Under the pieces are notes generated by a model, which was given only the letters and a program-made list of their open reading frames with translations, was not told the origin of the DNA and did not search any database. Positions 56,623 through 61,106 of a stretch of DNA of 61,106 nucleotides are shown here, one piece after another. Numbering within the stretch: the first letter of the stretch is position 1; the number at the start of each line of letters is the position of its first letter. A program made the translations under genes and the position numbers. The stretch is from a virus (taxonomy: Duplodnaviria > Caudoviricetes): positions 1 to 61,106 of the IMG/VR virus record IMGVR_UViG_3300021335_000016. One strand, written 5' to 3'.

Positions 56623-56894
56623 CCATTTTTTTCAAAGGTGATTGAACCTTCTTCAACCTCCATAGGTTTAGGAGTTTGATACTTATTAAACAAGGTGTGC
56701 AGGTCAGGATGCACTGTGATAGACCCATCCTGCTTTACGAACACATAATCAATTGTCTGGACAGACGCATTCTCCGATTGGTGGCAGTCCACCGTCAGTG
56801 CTTGATTCTGTTCCTTCATCCACAATCTCCAATTCTGGTTCTGTAGGTTCTTCTGTAACAATTTCATCAAACGTTGGTTCTGGTTCAACCACAT
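56619..56894 (-). CDS. Possible small hypothetical protein (true start probably the GTG near 56744)
   Basis: The 5' part overlaps the neighbouring ORF out of frame. Only the last ~41 codons fill an otherwise empty gap. Confidence 0.3.
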   Translation of the reverse strand: MWLNQNQRLMKLLQKNLQNQNWRLWMKEQNQALTVDCHQSENASVQTIDYVFVKQDGSITVHPDLHTLFNKYQTPKPMEVEEGSITFEKNG

Positions 56895-57066
56895 CTTCTA
56901 CAACCTCTTCTGTCTGATTAAATCTTCCAAAAAGTTCATCCTTATAGACGAATGAACATGCTCCAATTCCAAGAATGACTAGCACAAATGGAATATACAT
57001 TCCGATTAGTTTTAACATAAATTTCCCCATTCGTTCCTCACAATGGTAGTGTATTGATTCTCTCAA
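56749..57066 (-). CDS. Small single-pass membrane protein with an acidic tail
   Basis: Hydrophobic IGMYIPFVLVILGIGACSFVY, then a Glu/Pro-rich tail ending ECVCPDN. Start probably near 57030. Confidence 0.6.
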   Translation of the reverse strand: MRESIHYHCEERMGKFMLKLIGMYIPFVLVILGIGACSFVYKDELFGRFNQTEEVVEDVVEPEPTFDEIVTEEPTEPELEIVDEGTESSTDGGLPPIGECVCPDN

Positions 57067-57268
57067 GGAAATTTAAGTTGCGTGCTTCTACTTCTAGCTT
57101 ATCCTTGATAGACGTATTTATCAACACGCCAACACGTTCTGGTTCAATATGATTTTCTGTCATTATGTCAATAACAGCATCCATATAGGACTGTCGTTTG
57201 TCAAAGACATACGATTCTACCATATCACAAAAACGTTTTTTTGTAATAATTTTATCTTCAATATTCAT
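57038..57268 (-). CDS. gp33: Late transcription coactivator
   Basis: F...VE..V....SYMDAV.....EN.IEPE.V..LI...IKDKLE.EA..LNFL....TLPL; lies near gp32. Confidence 0.85.
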   Translation of the reverse strand: MNIEDKIITKKRFCDMVESYVFDKRQSYMDAVIDIMTENHIEPERVGVLINTSIKDKLEVEARNLNFLERINTLPL

Positions 57269-57440
57269 AGTTTTTATTACTCACAAACTCTTGATATGCT
57301 TCATTACCAGACAAGATTTCATTAATGTCATAGGACTGAGCATACTCTAAGTCATGAGCAGCAAGTTTATCCATTTTCTTTTTCATACGGAATTGAGTAT
57401 CAAAGTGCTTTTTACGGAGTTTGTTTTTCAGAGAAGCCAT
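57258..57440 (-). CDS. Small hypothetical protein with a basic N-terminus
   Basis: 60 aa, AAGGA SD, downstream of a sigma70-like promoter. Confidence 0.6.
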   Translation of the reverse strand: MASLKNKLRKKHFDTQFRMKKKMDKLAAHDLEYAQSYDINEILSGNEAYQEFVSNKNYEY

Positions 57441-57473
57441 ATAATATATCCTTTCGTTATTGCACTGTGTTAA

Positions 57474-57502
57474 TGTATATACGATTTTTGGTGGTTTGTC
57501 AA
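57474..57502 (-). promoter_or_regulatory. Sigma70-like early/middle promoter
   Basis: AAAAAAAGTTC-TTGACA-17 nt-TATACA. Confidence 0.6.
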
Positions 57503-57511
57503 GAACTTTTT

Positions 57512-58894
57512 TTAAGAAATTGTGATATCTGTATTGCCGTAAACTCTACCTTCATTCGTCATAGTTGAAGTGCCTATTGTTGTTCCAGTTTTAAACTGAA
57601 TAGAGTTTCCACCACCTGCATTTGAATTAGATGCTTGTGCTTGTGTTGGTGATGCTTGGAAGTAAGGTATAGCAGAAGTGCCAATACCAGAACCACCACC
57701 AGAACCTGATGCACTATTAGCTATAGCTATAGATTCTGGCTGAGAAGCGCTTCCAGTGCCGCTATTCAATGCCAGGGCATGTGCTTGACCTTTCTCACCA
57801 CCATTTAGTCCCGATCCACCAATTGCCCGAGTTGGTCCGCTAAAGTTCTGAACTTCACTATTACTAAGAAGATTTGTTGAATTAATTCGAGCATAAGCCG
57901 CTACAGTGTTAGTAATTACACCATTAGCACCTGAAATATCAATATCTCTACCAGTAACAAAATAACCAACACCACCATCAAAAATAGTTCCGTCACCATT
58001 ATTTGGTGACCTGGTACGCCCATCACCATCTTCAACTGCAGCTGAAACTACGAGCCGAGCATATCCCCCTCGGCCACCGTTCCACCCACCGCCGTATCCT
58101 TGGTAACCATCAGCAGAAGCCGGACCTTCAGATGCTTCACCGTTTGCATATACCCTATATGGTGCAGTGTCAGAAGCAATAGTGCTACCAACTTGAGATT
58201 GATTACCACCACCAGCAATGAAACCTTTTTCAAGGTTTATAATTTCAACCTTTGTCTGGTCAGAATCAATCCATATAGCAGCATTGCCTTTATGTGTAGT
58301 TACACCATTACCATAATTAATCTTTGTATAAGCTGATGGAGATAATGGTTCGCCATGACCACCTCTACCGGCGATAATGCCATTATTTTCAATAGTGATA
58401 TCTGAGAATGTTCCACCAAACTGAATAGAGTTATTGAATACAGTATCACTATCAAATTTAAATACAAATGGAACTGTTATATTATTGCCCGGTGATGAAC
58501 CTGCTGCCAACTCTGCTATCGTAAACAAGTTCAGAGTATCGTTCATATTAGCAGTATAGGTTGTGCCATTAATCTCATACTCTTGACCAATAAACTCAAT
58601 AGTGATTTCATTCACTGCACCATAGAAGTCTGAGAATGAAATTGCAGTAGGGAAGTTATCAATCAAGGGAATATTAACATTAGCATCAGCATCAGGAACT
58701 TCATTGCCATTACGAAAATATTGTGATAAACTAAAAGGTCTTTTTGTCTGCGTATATGCGACATGATCTGCATCACCATATTCTGAGTATGATGCAGAGT
58801 CTGTTGTAAACTCTAGAGCAATGTCATTTTCAAAAGATAATTCTGGTGTCCCTGGATTACCAAATCCATCAGAATCAGGAAACTTAATCGCCAT
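57512..58894 (-). CDS. Glycine-rich adhesin / fibre tip (T2 gp38-like architecture)
   Basis: SLSQYFRNG...ISFSDFYGA, ITIENNGIIAGRGGHG, IIN...GFIAGGG, repeated GGG segments, ends N.GRVYG. Confidence 0.62.
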   Translation of the reverse strand: MAIKFPDSDGFGNPGTPELSFENDIALEFTTDSASYSEYGDADHVAYTQTKRPFSLSQYFRNGNEVPDADANVNIPLIDNFPTAISFSDFYGAVNEITIEFIGQEYEINGTTYTANMNDTLNLFTIAELAAGSSPGNNITVPFVFKFDSDTVFNNSIQFGGTFSDITIENNGIIAGRGGHGEPLSPSAYTKINYGNGVTTHKGNAAIWIDSDQTKVEIINLEKGFIAGGGNQSQVGSTIASDTAPYRVYANGEASEGPASADGYQGYGGGWNGGRGGYARLVVSAAVEDGDGRTRSPNNGDGTIFDGGVGYFVTGRDIDISGANGVITNTVAAYARINSTNLLSNSEVQNFSGPTRAIGGSGLNGGEKGQAHALALNSGTGSASQPESIAIANSASGSGGGSGIGTSAIPYFQASPTQAQASNSNAGGGNSIQFKTGTTIGTSTMTNEGRVYGNTDITIS

Positions 58895-59319
58895 TATTCA
58901 GCGACTCTCCGTTCCAAATCTTCTACTCTACTATTCAATTCTTTGACAGCCTCAATCAAAACAGCAACTAGATTAGGGTATGATACTGAGTAGTAATCAT
59001 TTTCTAGTTCTACAACTTCAGGAATAATATCTAAGACTTCTTGTGCAATCAATCCAACTTGCTTTTTACCAGATGGTTTGAATGTATAACTAACACCCTG
59101 CATTTTATTAATCTTAGCAAGACAGTCCTGTAAAGGTTCCACATTCTCTTTAAGTCTAGCATCTGACCATGCAAGAGTTGCAAAGGCAGTAATGTCTCCT
59201 GTAACAGTTAATGCACCAGTAATTTCAGCAGAGTCACCTACTTTGAAAATATCACCATCTAAGTATGCTACATTGGTAAATTCTCTACCATTCACATCGG
59301 TCAGTGTTTCTATTGGCAT
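58894..59319 (-). CDS. Minimal fibre fragment with peptidase S74 chaperone
   Basis: VTGDITAF..SDARLKENV...GVSY...GLIAQEV...PEVV...SVSY.NLVAVLIEAVKEL. Confidence 0.85.
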   Translation of the reverse strand: MPIETLTDVNGREFTNVAYLDGDIFKVGDSAEITGALTVTGDITAFATLAWSDARLKENVEPLQDCLAKINKMQGVSYTFKPSGKKQVGLIAQEVLDIIPEVVELENDYYSVSYPNLVAVLIEAVKELNSRVEDLERRVAE

Positions 59320-59348
59320 GATGCAACCTTAACTGTTAGGATATACTA

Positions 59349-59356
59349 TATTTATA
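59349..59356 (-). promoter_or_regulatory. T4 late promoter TATAAATA for the S74/adhesin pair
   Basis: Exact match 30 nt upstream of the start at 59319. Confidence 0.75.
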
Positions 59357-59753
59357 ACGAGTTTAAAGGTTGATAGTAATCATAGACACTTTCGGCATAG
59401 TGCAGACTGTCATCATACATATGAATAATTTTATTAATACCATCACACCCTTGATTAGCATGTGCTATCATCATGCCTTCATATTGCTGCATAAGGATAC
59501 CGAGTTTATATGCTTCTATGTCTTGCTGTGTAAGGTCAACACCTTCCTGTTCTGCTGTATAAAGCATAAACGAGTCAAAGATTGCATTGAATGACAAAAC
59601 TCGATCTTTGTCAGTTTCACCACACTGCAAAACTTCTGCTGCAATCAAGGTTGCCATATCAGCAAACTCTGTAATCATGTCTGCCTTATTCATTTCTTGA
59701 CTCTTAGCAATACTAGGAACCAACAAAAAAAGTAATGCTAAGAATCTCAACAT
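59352..59753 (-). CDS. Secreted/periplasmic hypothetical protein
   Basis: Signal peptide MLRFLALLFLLVPSIAKS, acidic helical body, two Cys, AGGAG SD. Confidence 0.7.
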   Translation of the reverse strand: MLRFLALLFLLVPSIAKSQEMNKADMITEFADMATLIAAEVLQCGETDKDRVLSFNAIFDSFMLYTAEQEGVDLTQQDIEAYKLGILMQQYEGMMIAHANQGCDGINKIIHMYDDSLHYAESVYDYYQPLNSL

Positions 59754-59754
59754 A

Positions 59755-59859
59755 TTATTTTCTCCTAAAGAATTTCATTATAAATCGTTTAATCCTACTT
59801 TTCGGTTTAAACTCCTTCATCGCTCTAAGAAGGGTGATGTAAGGCGTTTGTGCTTTCAT
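59755..59859 (-). CDS. Unannotated 34-aa cationic peptide
   Basis: MKAQTPYITLLRAMKEFKPKSRIKRFIMKFFRRK*. TAATG overlap upstream and a 1-nt gap downstream, so it fills the intergenic space exactly. Confidence 0.6.
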   Translation of the reverse strand: MKAQTPYITLLRAMKEFKPKSRIKRFIMKFFRRK

Positions 59860-60398
59860 TAGTAACACTTCTCCCAAATCATATATCCAAAACTTACATC
59901 ATCATCAGAGAAACCTTTCATGCCTTCTAGGACAGACATATACTTGGCAAACTCGATAATGCTTTCATCATTCACATTTACTTTATACTCATCACGGTCA
60001 TAACCCGTCTTCTTTGCTACAAACTTCACATACCGTTCTGTGTCATTCTCAGAAGGTGGAGCCCACTTGTAGATTGCTTCACTCAAAGAGAGGCCAGTGT
60101 AGAGACGGTCAAGAAGATCAAACATAGCTGCATATCCCCATTCTGGAGCAGCAAACGACTCAAATCCCGAGTCATTAGTAGTTTCGCCATAGTAGGTTAC
60201 CTTTGTTTTCCGAATGTTGCCGGGATTGTTATTCCGAGTAGGAAGATTAGTAGAAATGTCAGTATAGTCATACTCACCAAAACTCACTTCATTACAGTCA
60301 AGTTCTTCTGACCATACAGGGTTGATAAGACCATATACGGTCCACCCTGCAATGAATGAAAGAATAAAAATAATAATATAAACAGTCTGCTTACGCAT
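59859..60398 (-). CDS. Membrane-anchored lysozyme-like protein (RNNNPGNI family)
   Basis: N-terminal TM helix; RNNNPGNIR, F.SF..PE.G..A, I.KWAPPSENDT..Y...V, M..LEG. Confidence 0.75.
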   Translation of the reverse strand: MRKQTVYIIIFILSFIAGWTVYGLINPVWSEELDCNEVSFGEYDYTDISTNLPTRNNNPGNIRKTKVTYYGETTNDSGFESFAAPEWGYAAMFDLLDRLYTGLSLSEAIYKWAPPSENDTERYVKFVAKKTGYDRDEYKVNVNDESIIEFAKYMSVLEGMKGFSDDDVSFGYMIWEKCY

Positions 60399-60431
60399 TT
60401 CAAATAACCTAAAAAATCAAAGTATATACAT

Positions 60432-60470
60432 TATATAGTATATGGGCAGGGAGTTGTCAAGCCCCCTGCC
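60432..60470 (-). promoter_or_regulatory. Sigma70-like promoter with its -35 box inside an inverted repeat
   Basis: GGCAGGGGGC-TTGACA-ACTCCCTGCC; 17-nt spacer to TATATA(AT). Confidence 0.6.
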
Positions 60471-60488
60471 AAACTTTTTTTCATGATT

Positions 60489-60746
60489 CTACATTAATCC
60501 GAGAAAAGAAAGGATTGGCATTCCAACCGATGGTAAAAATGCAGCAATTACCCAAAGCAAAAAGAAAGGCCAAAAGAATAGAGAAACTGCCCAACGGGTA
60601 AACTTGCGACCCGCCTTGCTGTTCATCCTTGCTGTTTTGGCAGTATTACGTTTAGACCCCCATTCTGTAGGACTAAGATAAGCCAAAAACCAAAGGGCGT
60701 TCATAACATACCCTGGCGTCAAAAAAATAGTTTTCAAAATATTCAT
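60489..60746 (-). CDS. Small membrane protein
   Basis: 85 aa, two hydrophobic segments flanking a basic loop, AAGGA SD. Confidence 0.65.
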   Translation of the reverse strand: MNILKTIFLTPGYVMNALWFLAYLSPTEWGSKRNTAKTARMNSKAGRKFTRWAVSLFFWPFFLLWVIAAFLPSVGMPILSFLGLM

Positions 60747-60771
60747 AACAAAGTTCCTTTAGTAGTTGGGA

Positions 60772-60789
60772 GGGGAGCATTTGCTCCCC
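60772..60789 (-). terminator. GC-rich hairpin after the DUF932-like gene
   Basis: ggggagca-tt-tgctcccc; no clear U-tract on the minus strand. Confidence 0.45.
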
Positions 60790-60796
60790 ATTTACT

Positions 60797-61106
60797 TTAC
60801 ATGCTCACAGCAAGTTCAAGAGCCTTCTTCTTAACGTTTTGGTTTTGACCATACCAAGAAGACTGCAAACGAGTGTCACTGTTACGACCAAGAGTGTGAT
60901 CGGTCATGTAGGTGACAGTGTTGAACAACTGCCAAAAGGTGCCTTCTCCAAGGTTTGCACCTGCTTGAGTGTGCATCACCTCTTGTGCTACCCGAGACTT
61001 GTTAGAGTCACGGTCAGAAGCAGAAGGGAAGACTTGGTTGAAGTAGTCAACCATCTGTTCAGAAGTGTAAGACTTTTGACAGAGGTATTCAGCAGCCTCT
61101 TTGTAA
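60797..61106 (-). CDS. DUF932-like protein, C-terminal part (runs off the window)
   Basis: GTFWQLFNTVTYMTDH..GR..DTRLQSSWYG.N..VKKKALE. Confidence 0.75.
   Translation of the reverse strand, partial: YKEAAEYLCQKSYTSEQMVDYFNQVFPSASDRDSNKSRVAQEVMHTQAGANLGEGTFWQLFNTVTYMTDHTLGRNSDTRLQSSWYGQNQNVKKKALELAVSM

Overview
This 61 kb window is the virion morphogenesis region of an AT-rich, T4-like myophage resembling marine or freshwater T4-like phages. The host cannot be assigned from this window. On the minus strand it carries head and packaging genes (gp21 partial, gp67/68-like, gp20, gp17, gp16), tail and neck genes (gp19, gp18, gp15, gp14, gp13), a ~20 kb mosaic fibre/adhesin island with a tandem 2OG-Fe(II) oxygenase, and baseplate genes (VrlC-like, gp8, two gp9/10-like, gp7, gp6, gp25, a fragmented gp5 locus, gp27-like, gp53, gp48). 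A plus-strand block follows (gp4, gp2, gp54-like, gp26/gp51, tape measure), then gp32, gp33 and small accessory genes. Many T4 late promoters (TATAAATA) and three sigma70-like promoters are visible. Family assignments come from recalled motifs and T4 synteny, and all counts are by hand; no searches were run. The strongest signals are: (1) an Asp-Ser dipeptide enriched at protein level in predicted outward-facing virion proteins, a candidate virion-wide modification sequon; (2) a -1 slippery site joining gp26 to a start-less gp51 frame just before the tape measure gene; (3) gp5 split into several ORFs with intact and decayed cell-wall hydrolase domains; (4) identical 43-44 bp anchors shared between fibre genes; (5) an anti-Shine-Dalgarno hairpin in the gp32 3' UTR. 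No tRNA, CRISPR array, intron, intein or reverse transcriptase was seen.
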